A stretch of DNA of 63,515 nt, from the NCBI GenBank assembly GCA_000388065.2, contig KB932208.1; one strand, given 5' to 3'. This document shows positions 52,560-63,515 of this stretch, piece by piece. The stretch is from Fonticula alba ATCC 38817. Its lineage: Eukaryota > Protista > Nucleariida. The notes below the pieces were generated by a model, which did not search any database, had not been told where the DNA came from, and saw nothing but the letters and a program-made list of their open reading frames with translations. Within the stretch, counting starts at the first letter, position 1; each line of letters opens with the position of its first letter. The position numbers were made by a program, and so were the translations under genes.

Positions 52560-52960
52560 TCAGAATGCCAAGGTCCAGGTGTAACGCAGAGGATCAACCT
52601 TTGGCCCACCTGGACGCCCTGCGGGCCGGTGGTTTGTTTTGTCACGAACGACCACTTGGACACCATCGCCCCTTGGCCTTGCTCCTGGCGGCCCTGCAAA
52701 TGGTCGCGACTCGACCCCCGGCATGATATACCTGCCCTCAATTCGGAAGTCCCAGAGTCGTGCCTCCTCCTCTCCGAGGATGGGCGGCCTGCCATTGGAG
52801 CGCGAGAGCGCCAACACCTCTATTGGCCCTCCTGAGACACCCTCCGAGAAGAGAGTGCCGTCCTCGGGGGGGGGGTCTGACCACTCTGCATCTGGAAGAG
52901 AGCATAGACGAAGAGGAACCGCAATCGCCATGCGGCATCCTCCACCCGGCCTCATTTTCC
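52560..52960 (-). CDS. Possible terminal exon of an unidentified gene
   Basis: Non-repetitive ORF (..LWDFRIEGRYIMPGVESRPF..LRYTWTLAF-stop) running up to the gap at 53017; no recognisable motif. Confidence 0.35.
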
Positions 52961-53156
52961 TGCCCTGATCCCAGGGAGCATCGGCAGACGGATGAGCCAG
53001 CGAGAAAGGGAGAGAGNNNNNNNNNNNNNNNNNNNNNNNNNNNNNNNNNNNNNNNNNNNNNNNNNNNNNNNNNNNNNNNNNNNNNNNNNNNNNNNNNNNN
53101 NNNNNNNNNNNNNNNNNNNNAGCGAGCAGGGCCACAAGAGGATGGCAAGGCGCCAG

Positions 53157-53392
<236 letters not shown>

Positions 53393-53913
53393 AATATGGG
53401 CGGGACCGCCGAACGCCCCGCCACCCCCTCCCCCTGTCGCCCCACCCGGGGAACTTCCATCACACTCCGAGGAGCAGACCCCACAACAAGCGTTAGCCAT
53501 AAGTCCCCACGGAGGTCGGCGACGGCCGGCGTGTCGCGAGTGCCAACCCAATGGCCCTTGGATATCACGCGAGGATTCATGTGTAGACCGGTGGGCCTGT
53601 TTCAGGGCTCGGGCGCGCTGCCTGGCCGGCTGGGGGAGGGGCCAGCCGGAAATCCTCCCGGAGCCCACGACGAAGTGCGCCCCACGCACCACAGACCAGA
53701 CAGAAAGAGAAAGCGGGAGGAAGAAGGAGGGGAGGAGATGGCACCTGATCCCATCGGCCCCAGCGCAACACTGCCCCCCTTCTCGCGCCCTACCTCTCCT
53801 CCTCTCGCCTCGCGCCTGCTCCGCACGCCCTCCTGCCGCCCTCCGCCCTCTTCGCCCCAGCTGCCGCACGCCGCACGCCACACACTCGCGCCACACATCC
53901 CGGCCACGAAAAG

Positions 53914-54918
53914 ATGGCCACAGCGGCCCCCGCACCGATGCCCGGGTCCGAGGTCACCCGGGAATATGCCCATCTGGACTTCCTGGACCTCGTTGAGCGG
54001 TCAGCACCATACATTTCGGTGGAGGCGCGCCCAATCGCCGAGGGGCCGACCTCACCCACGGCGGCGATGGCCCCGCCCACTGGCGGTGGCGGTGGCCCGG
54101 CCTTCACCAACATTCTGGGGCCCGTGGCGCCGCACCTGGCCGCGCTGATGGTGTCCCCGCTGAGCGCCGATCCTCGATCCCGGCACCGGGGCATTGATCG
54201 GTTCCGGCGTTTGCTCCGGGCATATCGGCCCTCGGAGGCGGAGGCGCAACAGCAGTCGCCGCAGCTGGGAGCCGCCTCGGTGCCGGGCCAGCCGTCGGGT
54301 GGGCACCCGGCCGGTCGCTTTGAGCCGGACTACTACGGCCCGGTCAGCCTCCCGGCCGGGACCTCGACCAATCACTACGCTTCGGACAACATGACCCTCG
54401 ATGAGTGTGCGTCAAAGAGGGCCACACAGAGGGACCCGGCATCGCTGCGCACTTTGGCCGCCTCTCGTGGCGGCTGCTGTGGCTGCTCCGCCCCTGCTGT
54501 CCCCCCCCCCCCCCCCCCCCCCCCCCNNNNNNNNNNNNNNNNNNNNNNNNNNNNNNNNNNNNNNNNNNNNNNNNNNNNNNNNNNNNNNNNNNNNNNNNNN
54601 NNNNNNNNNNNCCCCCCCGGGGCCTTCCCGCTGCTGACCTTGCCTTCTCCCTCTCCCCCTCCCCCTCCCTCGGGCCGATCCGCGGCCAGACGAGAAGTGC
54701 CGGCGCGACAGCGGCGCGGACAATACGCTCGTCTGGTTCGCCACTCCGCCGTACGACGCGGTGTCCGCGCTGTCGGGGCACATGCCGTCCGCCGAGTGGG
54801 TACACTTTTCGTCGGAGGCGGCGGCTGCTGCTGCCAGCACACCCGACTTCCTAGATGGCTGCTAGGGGCGTGGTTCCCACCCCTCGTGGGGGATGGTCCC
54901 CGCGTCTCTCGGGACTGA
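53914..54918 (+). CDS. Hypothetical ~220-aa protein, 3 exons
   Basis: ATG 53914; in-phase splices GAG T|gtgcgt..cag|AC (54690) and GA|gtgggt..tag|A give ..TLDEYEKCRRDSGADNTLVWFATPPYDAVSALSGHMPSAEWLLG..RD-stop. Confidence 0.55.
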   Translation: MATAAPAPMPGSEVTREYAHLDFLDLVERSAPYISVEARPIAEGPTSPTAAMAPPTGGGGGPAFTNILGPVAPHLAALMVSPLSADPRSRHRGIDRFRRLLRAYRPSEAEAQQQSPQLGAASVPGQPSGGHPAGRFEPDYYGPVSLPAGTSTNHYASDNMTLDECASKRATQRDPASLRTLAASRGGCCGCSAPAVPPPPPPPPXXXXXXXXXXXXXXXXXXXXXXXXXXXXXPPGAFPLLTLPSPSPPPPPSGRSAARREVPARQRRGQYARLVRHSAVRRGVRAVGAHAVRRVGTLFVGGGGCCCQHTRLPRWLLGAWFPPLVGDGPRVSRD

Positions 54919-55349
54919 CGAGCAGCCAATGTGAGGAAATAAAATATGCGAGGGAGCAGGAGGACCTCCGCCCCCCTCTCGCTCGTTGCACACGCACACG
55001 CACACACACACACACACACACCACAAGGAGGCACATGCGGGGGCGCAGGCCATGTGCCAAGGTATCCCCATCCGCCTGAGAGAAGGGGAAGGAGGAGCGA
55101 GCAGGGCCACAAGAGGATGGCAAGGCGCCAGGACGCGCGCCAACATGCGAGGCGGGAGCACATCCCCCCACAAACGAGGACATCGAGAACCATGGCCTCG
55201 CCTGTGTGCATCGGCACACACCAAGGACAGGCGGCAAGAAGGCCCCCGGGCGCGGGAAGGCGAGGGGCCAAACGAAAAGGGGGAACGGGCGAGGGGAGAG
55301 GAGCAGGTGGTGGGGTCACACGCGGACACACGGACGACACAGACACGGT

Positions 55350-55386
<37 letters not shown>

Positions 55387-55817
55387 AGGAGAGAGGAGAC
55401 GGAGAAGGCAAGACAGAGTGAGCACCACCACACAGAGGTGCGCGTGCGCACACAAGAGAGAGAAAGAGAAAGAGGGAAGACAAAAGGAGGGACACGGAGG
55501 AACAAGACAAGAATATGGTTCGACTGCAAGAGCAATGTATTGACTGTAGCATGAGACGGGGGGGGGGGCGCGCCAGGCGGAAAAAGGAGCGAGGCAGTGG
55601 GCATGCGCGCGCGCGCGCGCGCGCACACACACACCGGCGCAAACTCCAGAGTCCGGCCCGAGGCCCACCCCCCCGTCCCCGGCCTCGGTATAAGGGAAGG
55701 ACTGGGGGAGGGGGGTTGGTGGGGGAGGGCATGGATAGCTTCGCACACACACACACACACAGAGCGCAGGGGGAGAGAGGGAGAGCACTGAGGGAGGGAG
55801 GAGTGGATGCAAGAGCA

Positions 55818-56750
55818 TTAGCCGCCGCCGCCGGAGTAGGCCTTACCGAAGACGAGGACCTGGAGCTTGTCGTAACCGGCAAGGACACCAGCGCCAGCAA
55901 CGGCACGGAGAATGTTGGCACCAGCACCCTTGAAGAGGGACTTGACACCGTCGTTCTTGACGATCTGCTGGAAGCAGTCGAAGGAGGACTTGTACTTGAC
56001 AGCCTCACCGGAGGTCATCATCATGCGACGACGGACGGTATCCAGGGGGTAGGAAGCCAGACCGGCGGTGATGGTGACAGCCCAGCCAAGCATGAAGGTG
56101 GCGGCGAAGTTGTCGCGCAGGTTGACGGGGAGGGCAGGGCGGAGGGAGTCGTACAGACCGAAGTACAGACCACGGTAGACGATGATACCAACGCAAGAGA
56201 TGTTGAAGCCACGGTACAGACCACGGATACCATCGGAGGCGATGGTCTTGCGGTAGACGTCAACGAGACCGTTGAACTGGCGAGAGCCACCCTTGGAGGC
56301 GGACTTGTTGTCGTTGGCCAGGCGGGTACGAGCGTAGTCCAGGGAGTAGACGAACAGCAGGGACAGGGCACCAGCCATACCACCGGAGGCCAGGTTACCC
56401 ATGAACCACTTGGCGTAGCCGTCGCGCTCCTTGGAGAAGCCGAACATGCGCTTGATCTGCTCCTTGAAGGCGATGTTCAGGGCCTGGGTGGGGAAGTAAC
56501 GCAGCACGTTGGCCACGTTACCGCGCCACAGGGAAGCGACACCCTCGGCGGCGGAGACGCGCTTGAAGCAGTCGACGACACCACCGTAGGGGCGGTCGAG
56601 GCGGCCCTGCTTGATGAGCTCATCCTGGTTCTGGATGAGGAGCTTGACACGCTCGATGGGGGCGGCAGCGGTCTTGGAGACAGCGGCGGAGACACCACCC
56701 ATCATGAACTCGATGGCGAAGGTCATCGGATCGTTCTGCTTTTTCGACAT
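55818..56750 (-). CDS. AAC: Mitochondrial ADP/ATP carrier (adenine nucleotide translocase), 310 aa, no intron in CDS
   Basis: [63 protein letters not shown] and the RRRMMM signature. Confidence 0.98.
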   Translation of the reverse strand: MSKKQNDPMTFAIEFMMGGVSAAVSKTAAAPIERVKLLIQNQDELIKQGRLDRPYGGVVDCFKRVSAAEGVASLWRGNVANVLRYFPTQALNIAFKEQIKRMFGFSKERDGYAKWFMGNLASGGMAGALSLLFVYSLDYARTRLANDNKSASKGGSRQFNGLVDVYRKTIASDGIRGLYRGFNISCVGIIVYRGLYFGLYDSLRPALPVNLRDNFAATFMLGWAVTITAGLASYPLDTVRRRMMMTSGEAVKYKSSFDCFQQIVKNDGVKSLFKGAGANILRAVAGAGVLAGYDKLQVLVFGKAYSGGGG

Positions 56751-56800
56751 GGTTGACAAAGAATTCTGCGCGCGCGCCAAGGGGAGGGGGGAGAGGGGGG

Positions 56801-57149
56801 NNNNNNNNNNNNNNNNNNNNNNNNNNNNNNNNNNNNNNNNNNNNNNNNNNNNNNNNNNNNNNNNNNNNNNNNNNNNNNNNNNNNNNNNNNNNNNNNNNNN
56901 NNNNNNNNNNNNNNNNNNNNNNNNNNNNNNNNNNNNNNNNNNNNNNNNNNNNNNNNNNNNNNNNNNNNNNNNNNNNNNNNNNNNNNNNNNNNNNNNNNNN
57001 NNNNNNNNNNNNNNNNNNNNNNNNNNNNNNNNNNNNNNNNNNNNNNNNNNNNNNNNNNNNNNNNNNNNNNNNNNNNNNNNNNNNNNNNNNNNNNNNNNNN
57101 NNNNNNNNNNNNNNNNNNNNNNNNNNNNNNNNNNNNNNNNNNNNNNNNN
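56801..57149. other. Assembly gap (N)
   Basis: Run of N in the AAC 5' region. Confidence 0.95.
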
Positions 57150-60100
57150 CGGGGGTTGAGGGCCCCCCGCCCCCGGTGCCCTGCCCCCCCCCCCCCCAGC
57201 CCCCCGTCTCCCCGGTCCGGGTCCCCCTGTGCCGGGCCGACCCCCGCGCCTCGGCCGGGAGGGACACGACGCTGATGACAGTCCCCCCTCGGCCCGAGGC
57301 AGCCCGGGGGGGAGGGGCGAGTCCAGCACGGCCGAGGGAGAGAGAGGGAGAGAGAACGAGAGAGCGAGAGCAGGAACGAAGGTCGGGCTGTCGGGAGAAG
57401 GCCCACACTCTCGCCATGCCAACTGATACGCGCGTCTACCGCGACACGCCACCGGGGGGGGGGGGGGACGGGGCTTGCCCTGGGGCTCCTCCTCTCGCCC
57501 GGCGTGCAATCCCCGAGGAGACGACGGAAGATGGACCACGCGCGTACGCGCCAGATGCCGCCCCAGGACATGCGCCAGAGAGAGGGACAGAGAAACAGAC
57601 AGGGAAAGGGGGAAAGAAGAGGCCGCAGGGACGGGCCTCCCGCGGGCAGAGAGAGACCCGCCGGCAGGGCCCGCGCCACGGCCGGGGTCGTTTAGGACAC
57701 ACAGCTCTGGCAGCTTCCCCTAGCCCGGTGAAGGCAGGTGTGCCGGCCTGCCCGGTTGCGCGCGCATCCGCCCCCACACGCACCCTTCCCCCCGCCCACC
57801 CGGATACGACCCCCAAGATGGGGGGGGGGGGGGGGGGAGTGGCACAAACACCAGAAGAAACGAGCACGCATGATGAGGCTGGCTGTCCACCGGCGCCGAG
57901 ACATGCGTATGCGCCCCGCACCGCACGTCCACGGACACGCGCACACACACACACACACGCGCGAGGAGACACCCTAGGGAGCCAGGGCGGCCGACGCACG
58001 AGGGAGGCGCGCTGGCCAGGGTTCGGGGTGTGTGTGTGTGTGTGCGCGCGCGCGGGATTCAGACAGGGGCTCACCGGACTTTCAGGTGCGCCGCGCACAC
58101 GCGCGGGGCACCGACCGACCCGCCGGGCGCTTGCCGGCAAACGCCGGAGCGTCCTCCACATGCGCCGGCGGCGCACGCGCACACGCACGCACGCACGGCA
58201 CCGCGAGCAATCTGCCCCGGAGGCGCCTTGGCCAGGGAGAGCGCGGGCAGGTGCCGCAGCCAGGCGCGAGGCCCGCCCCCGCGGCCCGAGCCGAAGAGAC
58301 CGCCGGCATATGCCTCACCTGGCCGGTTGCCCGGCCCCGGCCTGCCGGCGGCATGGGAGCAGCATGCGCCAGATGGGCGGGGCTGGCGCGCGCTCGCACA
58401 CCCCCGCTCGAGCGCCAGCCGGGGGGCGCTTTTCCTCCCGCATATGGGGGGGCCCATATTGCCGGCTTGCGCCGCGCCTCCCCGATCCGTCCCCGCGAAC
58501 ATGCGACCACCCCGCGCCAGGAGGCGGGGGAACGGCCGGCCAGCCGGCCGCCGTGCCGCCGTGTCGCCGTGCCGCGGGACGCATGACGCACCAGGCAGAA
58601 CGGCCGCCCGGGCAACGGCCGCCTCCTTTGCCGGGTCAGCCGCGCCCATCCAAGAGGGGGCCAGGGGGCGAACCCCCGGGGCCAGGTATATCAGCCGGCG
58701 CAGGGCACACTACCTACGAGCCCCCCCCCCCCCCCCCCCCGCCGGCGGCAAGGCCAGCTGGCGCACGCGAGTGTGAGTACAGACACACCGACCGCGAAAG
58801 GGGCGCCGGCATCCGGCAAGCGGCGCGCAGGCCGTCGGCCCTCCCCACCCACACCCCGCCTGGCCGGTCTCCCCGCGCGCGCGCGCGCGCGCCGCGGGCA
58901 GCAACAGGCGGCGCGGCCCGGGCCGGGGAGCAAAAGCAACAAGATCACAACACATGTCCAAGGCATCCGCGCGACCCTGGCCCCTAAACCCAGCCCTAGG
59001 AGGGTCGACCGGCGCCGCCCTCGGGCGCGCGCGCGCGCTCCGACGCGGCGGGGTGGGGCATCCCTCGCCGGCTGGCGGCACAAGTGCCGGACTCGCCAGA
59101 TGCGCCTCGCCCCGCGGGCCGCACGACGCCCGCCTCGCTCCTCCGACAGTTAATGTGAAAAGCCCCGACCCGCGCCCGGGCCTCTTGGACCCCAGCTCCC
59201 CCGCAAGCAGCGGTCGGCAGTCCCGGCAGATGACCCTCGGATGTGAATTTAATATTTGCTATTTATTGGCAAATGATAAACCCTCCTCCGCCGGGAGGAC
59301 AGCCTGCTCCATGGCCACCAGCCGCGCCCCGGGGCCGGCCCGGCTTGCCGGAGGAAAGATTCTTCTCGCTCGGCCACAAACCCCTTTCTTCCTCGGGGGC
59401 CCTGTGCCCGCGCCCGGGGCCGCCCCCTTTTGGCCAGGCTGGCTGCCGCCTGGGCGTGGTGGTCGGGGCCCGGCCGGCCCCATCGCGCCGCCGCTGCTGC
59501 CGACGCCGGGCCAGCAGCACACGCGGCTCGAACCCCCCGACATTTTCACACCCGCGCTGAGATGATCAATCCGATGTCCGCGTCTTTCTTCTCGTGTTCC
59601 TCGGCCCCTCCCCCGCGCCGTGTTGCGCCGCGCCGCGCCGCGCCGCGGCCCGCCCCCGGCCCCCAGCCCGGCCGTCCAGACCCCGACCCGCGCAAATTTG
59701 AATGCCCTCGGGAAAATCCGCCCGGCACGACGAGTGGCATCGGTGGGCAGCTGCGTATCACACCATGGCCCTTTGGAGCCCGGGCGAAAGTGGCATCCGG
59801 CGCGCCCAGGGCACATGCTCGCGCGTGACACGCCCCGGCGGCCTGATCAGCTCGATCGTCTCCCCGGCCCCGGCGCGATCGTCTCGTTTTTTTTTCCCTC
59901 CCCGCCCCGACGACCCGTCTCGCCGCTCCCCGGCCCCCCCCCCGGCACAGTTGCGCCTCTCCTCCCCACTGTAGTTCTCCCTCCCATTTTTTTTTATACA
60001 CGCCGCCTGCGGCTGCGCCTGTCACCAGGGCGCTGCACCTCTCCTTGCACGCGTTGTTGTTGTTGTTGTTGTTTTTCCCTCGCCCCCCCCCCTGCGGGCG

Positions 60101-60574
60101 GCGCCGGCGGCGTTGATCTCCCAACGGATGCGATTGTGGGCGATGTGCCCGCCCCCAGTGCCGGGGTGCTGCAGCATCGGAACGTCCGGCCCTGCGGGCG
60201 CCCGCGGCTCGGTGGCGCGATGCGTGTCCACCGCGCGCCGGCCAAGGGCGGGCCAGCCAGGGGAGGGGGGGGGGGGGTGATTACTTCACCGGGTGCTGGC
60301 GGAGAGATTGCGCACCGCGCGCGGGCACGCATGCCCCCGCGCCCGGGCCCGGCCCCCGAAGGTTCGGTCAAGATCCGGCAGTGTCTTTGGCTCTTTCGGC
60401 GGCCATCTTGGTTGGCCTGGCACCTGCCGCGAGCCACGCCTCGTTGCTTCGCCGTCCCCCGCCCGCGTTGCTCCTCCATTTTCTTTTTCTTTCCTGCGCT
60501 CCTCCCCCCTCCCCCCTGTCCCGCAACCCCCCCCCCCCTCCCCCCGCCTACCCTTCTCGCCTCCCAGCATCGAC

Positions 60575-62860
60575 ATGTCGCCGGCCACGCAGCCGCCGCA
60601 GGCGTCGGAGCCCGACGCCCCCGAGGTGTGCCCCCACCTCTCGCGGGCGGTCAAGCCCAACCCCGCCAAGAGGCAAATCCCCCACATCAAGGTCTTCGCC
60701 TGCCAGGAGCCGGACTGCTCCGCGTCGGCGAGCGACCAGGGAGGCGACATCTGGGTGTGCTGCGGGTGCGCGGCCCTCCTCTGCGCCGAGCACCAGGCCC
60801 AGCATGTCCAGCCCCCGGGGCATGTCATCTTCCTGCGGACCGAGGCTCGGGCGTTGGTGGTGCGTGTGCTTGATGCGGCAAATGCGGGTCCCGGCCGCTG
60901 GGGCCCGCATCTGCCCGAGGCCTCCCCGTGCCGCGCGGGTGGCTTCTCCCTCTTCCCCTCGTCCCCGCCACGCGCATCGCCCTCCCTCCGCCGCCCCGCT
61001 GACCTCCTTGTGCCCGTGCGCCCCCCCCCCCCCCNNNNNNNNNNNNNNNNNNNNNNNNNNNNNNNNNNNNNCCCCGCCCCGCCCCGCCCCGCCTGCCATC
61101 CTCGACAGTTGACGCGGCGTGCGCGCGGCGACTCCTCCGCGCCCTGGAGCCCCGCGACGGCCTGCCCTCCGTCCGGTTCGCCTTTGCACCGCTATGCTTC
61201 GCGCTACACACCCGGCCCGATGCGATCGCCCTGCGCCGGGAGTCGCTGCATTGGCTGGTACGCATGGCCCCGCGCATAGGGCGCGCCCTTTTGGCCGACG
61301 GCGACCCGCTCCCCGGGACCCCGGGCTTCGGCCCGGAGCACGCGGCCTTTGCCGCCTGCTTCGGGCCCCTCTTCCAATGTCTGGATCATGACACCCTCTC
61401 GGTGTCTGCCTGCGGGGTGCTCATTCATGTGGCGCGTCCGTGGCACGCCAGTGCCTGGCGCACGCGCAAGGCCCGGCAGCTGTACGATCGCCGCGGCCGA
61501 CCGCGTGCCATGGCCCCGCTGGTCCAACTGCTGGAATCCTGGTCGACAAACATGCGCCTGGGGGCCGCCGGCGTGGCACTGCACCTTGGGGGAGGACCCG
61601 TGGCCGCCACCGCCACAGCAAGCCTGGTCTCGCCCTCGTCGCACAGCATCACCACTTCCTCCGGCGGCGCCATCGCCCATGTTGACAGTGCGCAGCTTTG
61701 TAGCCCCGACTGCTCTTCTTTGCGCCCCTTCCCCGGCCATCGTCCAGCTGCGACTTCTCCTCCCCCTCCTCCTCACACATCGCCACATCCTTCCCACGGA
61801 CCCCCCCCCCCCCCTCCACTAGGCCTCCATCTACAGCGTGCGCGCCTTGCCCACGCGCTTTCGGCGCTTACCCTGCACGATGAGCCCCGTCAGCCGGGGG
61901 CCGCCACGACCATCGGCCTGAGCGACCTCAGCTCTGCCCTCCATACCCCGAGCGACCCGCCGCCCAATTCCTTCACTCGATCGCTGACAGCCACCGTGGA
62001 CTCGGCCTCCCTACATGCCTTTGTCCAGGCCATCGACGTGCGTCGCCATGTATGCGGGTACCCCCCCCCCCCACTCCCCATGTGTCCCACCACGCATTAA
62101 CACGCCTTGCCCTCCCTCTCTCCCCCCCGCCTGCCCGCTTCCGGCGTACACCAGGACCCCTTCTGGCTGCCTGCCATTTCGGACTTCCTTTCCACATGGG
62201 ATGGCTGCCGCCTCCGGCACTCGGTCTTCCGATTGATCTCCCTGTGCCCGCCAATGGCCTTCGAGGGTGCGCATATAGACCCAGTGACCTTGCCGCCCCC
62301 TTTCCCCCCCCCCACCGCCTGACACCCCTTTTAACAAAACACAAACACAAACCCCAACAACACCACCCCAACACCGCCCCCTAGAGATCTACACCTTCAT
62401 CCTCAACCCGCTGCTCCACCTCTTCCAAAGTTCGGACACCGTGTGGAAGTGCACCCTGATCAACATGTACTCGACCTTGACGTCGCGCTGGTGTGCGGTC
62501 TTCATGGCCGAGGAGTCCATGGGGCTCGGGGCTGACCGGTATTTCGGCCTGCTGGCCACCATTCGCCTACTGGCCGCACATGTGGACCGACTTTGCCTAC
62601 ACTCCATCATCTCCGAGCGTGCGCATCCCCTGGTGGAGACCACAGTCCGGGGGTACTTCCTCCGGCTGTTCCAGGCCCTTGAGGGCCACGACTCGAGCAA
62701 GTATTCCGCCCTCGAGGAGGGGCCATCCGGACTCGATGACAGCCTCGACCCGTCGAACATCCTGCTGGGGTTTTCCCCGCGGTCGCTCGTCCTCCTCTCG
62801 GCAAACCCCAGCAGTGGCATTGGCCCGCTGGACCTTTCCCTCCTGGGCGGGAGGGGCTAA
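60575..62860 (+). CDS. CENPI: CENP-I/Mis6/Ctf3-like inner kinetochore protein preceded by a ZnF-UBP (BUZ)-like domain
   Basis: RRLLRALEP, SLHWLVRM, LFQCLDHDTLSVSACGVLIHVARPWHASAWRTRK, FLSTWDGCRLRHSVFRLISLCP, FE|EIYTFILNPLLHLFQSSDTVWKCTL align by memory to CENP-I (RWLVAM, LQDDALCPYVCHLL, WDG..RSQFLQLVSWIP, LAQLFFTSTIYFKCSVL). Exon 1 has CPHL..C..PDC..IWVCCGC..LC..H..H..GH. Confidence 0.78.
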
Positions 62861-63066
62861 GGAGGAGGGGCCTGGAGCGACCCGCCGTCCCTCCCCTGCC
62901 CCCGATCGCGCGCGCCTACGCACTGGAGGCATGGGCATGCGCAGTCGGCTGGCCATCCTGGAGCTCCCCGTCCTGCCTCCCGGAAAAGGGCGTATGTGGG
63001 CTGTGTAATATACTTTTCTATTGGCGATTTCGTCCGCCCGGCCGGCCTGCCGGTGTGCATACACGA

Positions 63067-63515
63067 TCATGAGCCATCCGAGGCGTGGTCGCCATCGGCG
63101 ACATACTCCTGGCTGACATATCCTCCGGCAACCCAGTCGGACTACGTACATGGGTACGTATATACGACGCGCGTGCGTGCGTGTGTGCGTGTGTGTGTGA
63201 GTGTGAGTGTACATTCATGCGCACATGCAGGGGCATGAGAGAGACACCGCAGCGGGAATTTGTGGGACGATCCGTGCCGGTGGCACGCGGACAACAAAAG
63301 GGAGTGACGCGTACCCAGGTGACGGCTAGCCGGACGGACGTGTCGATCGGCCCGCCAGCTGGAACCTCGTCCGGCCGCAGGCTGTCGATCGACCGGCCTG
63401 ATGGCACAATCGGTGCCTCGGCCAGGCGGGCACAAAGCTTGGCATGTTGGACGGCTGCCTGCTCCAGGCGCGCAACAGCGTCCGAGAGCTCTACCAGGAG
63501 CGGGTGCGGGGGGGG
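63067..63515 (-). CDS. 3' end of a hypothetical gene extending beyond the window
   Basis: Exon ..LSDAVARLEQAAVQHAKL..VRLAVTW|gtacgc (63314) spliced to tag|SDWVAGGYVSQEYVADGDHASDGS-stop (63141-63067). Confidence 0.5.

Noticed and set aside
57200-60500. GC-rich ORFs between AAC and the ZnF-UBP/CENP-I gene
   Set aside because: Arg/Pro/Gly-rich in all frames with no motif; most likely divergent promoter and UTR-intron sequence.

Overview
GC-rich, intron-containing eukaryotic genomic DNA from a draft assembly with many N gaps, most flanked by poly-G/C or microsatellite runs. Introns are mostly about 80-400 nt with GTGCGT/GTACGT/GTATG-type donors. Fungal-type sequences (Hos2-like HDAC, Cho2-type PE methyltransferase, fungal-like ADP/ATP carrier) suggest a holomycotan/opisthokont protist such as Fonticula; this is inference, not a database result. 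Recognisable genes: GPN3, class I HDAC, fibrillarin, Cho2 (partial), Rubisco-LSMT-type SET methyltransferase, tRNA-Glu(TTC), alpha/beta hydrolase, FHA protein, GET2/CAML-like insertase, telobox-Myb (TRF/Tbf1-like) protein, ADP/ATP carrier and a CENP-I/Mis6 homologue, plus several orphan genes. The most unusual observations are two apparent in-frame spliced fusions (about 1000 aa of acidic E/V/T/A repeat joined to GET2/CAML, and a ZnF-UBP domain joined to CENP-I) and a recurrent 3' splice acceptor just upstream of the ATG in about 7 genes. Most long ORFs in the track are GC/repeat shadows. Gene models were spliced by eye, so boundaries are approximate. No CRISPR array, rRNA or clear transposon was seen.
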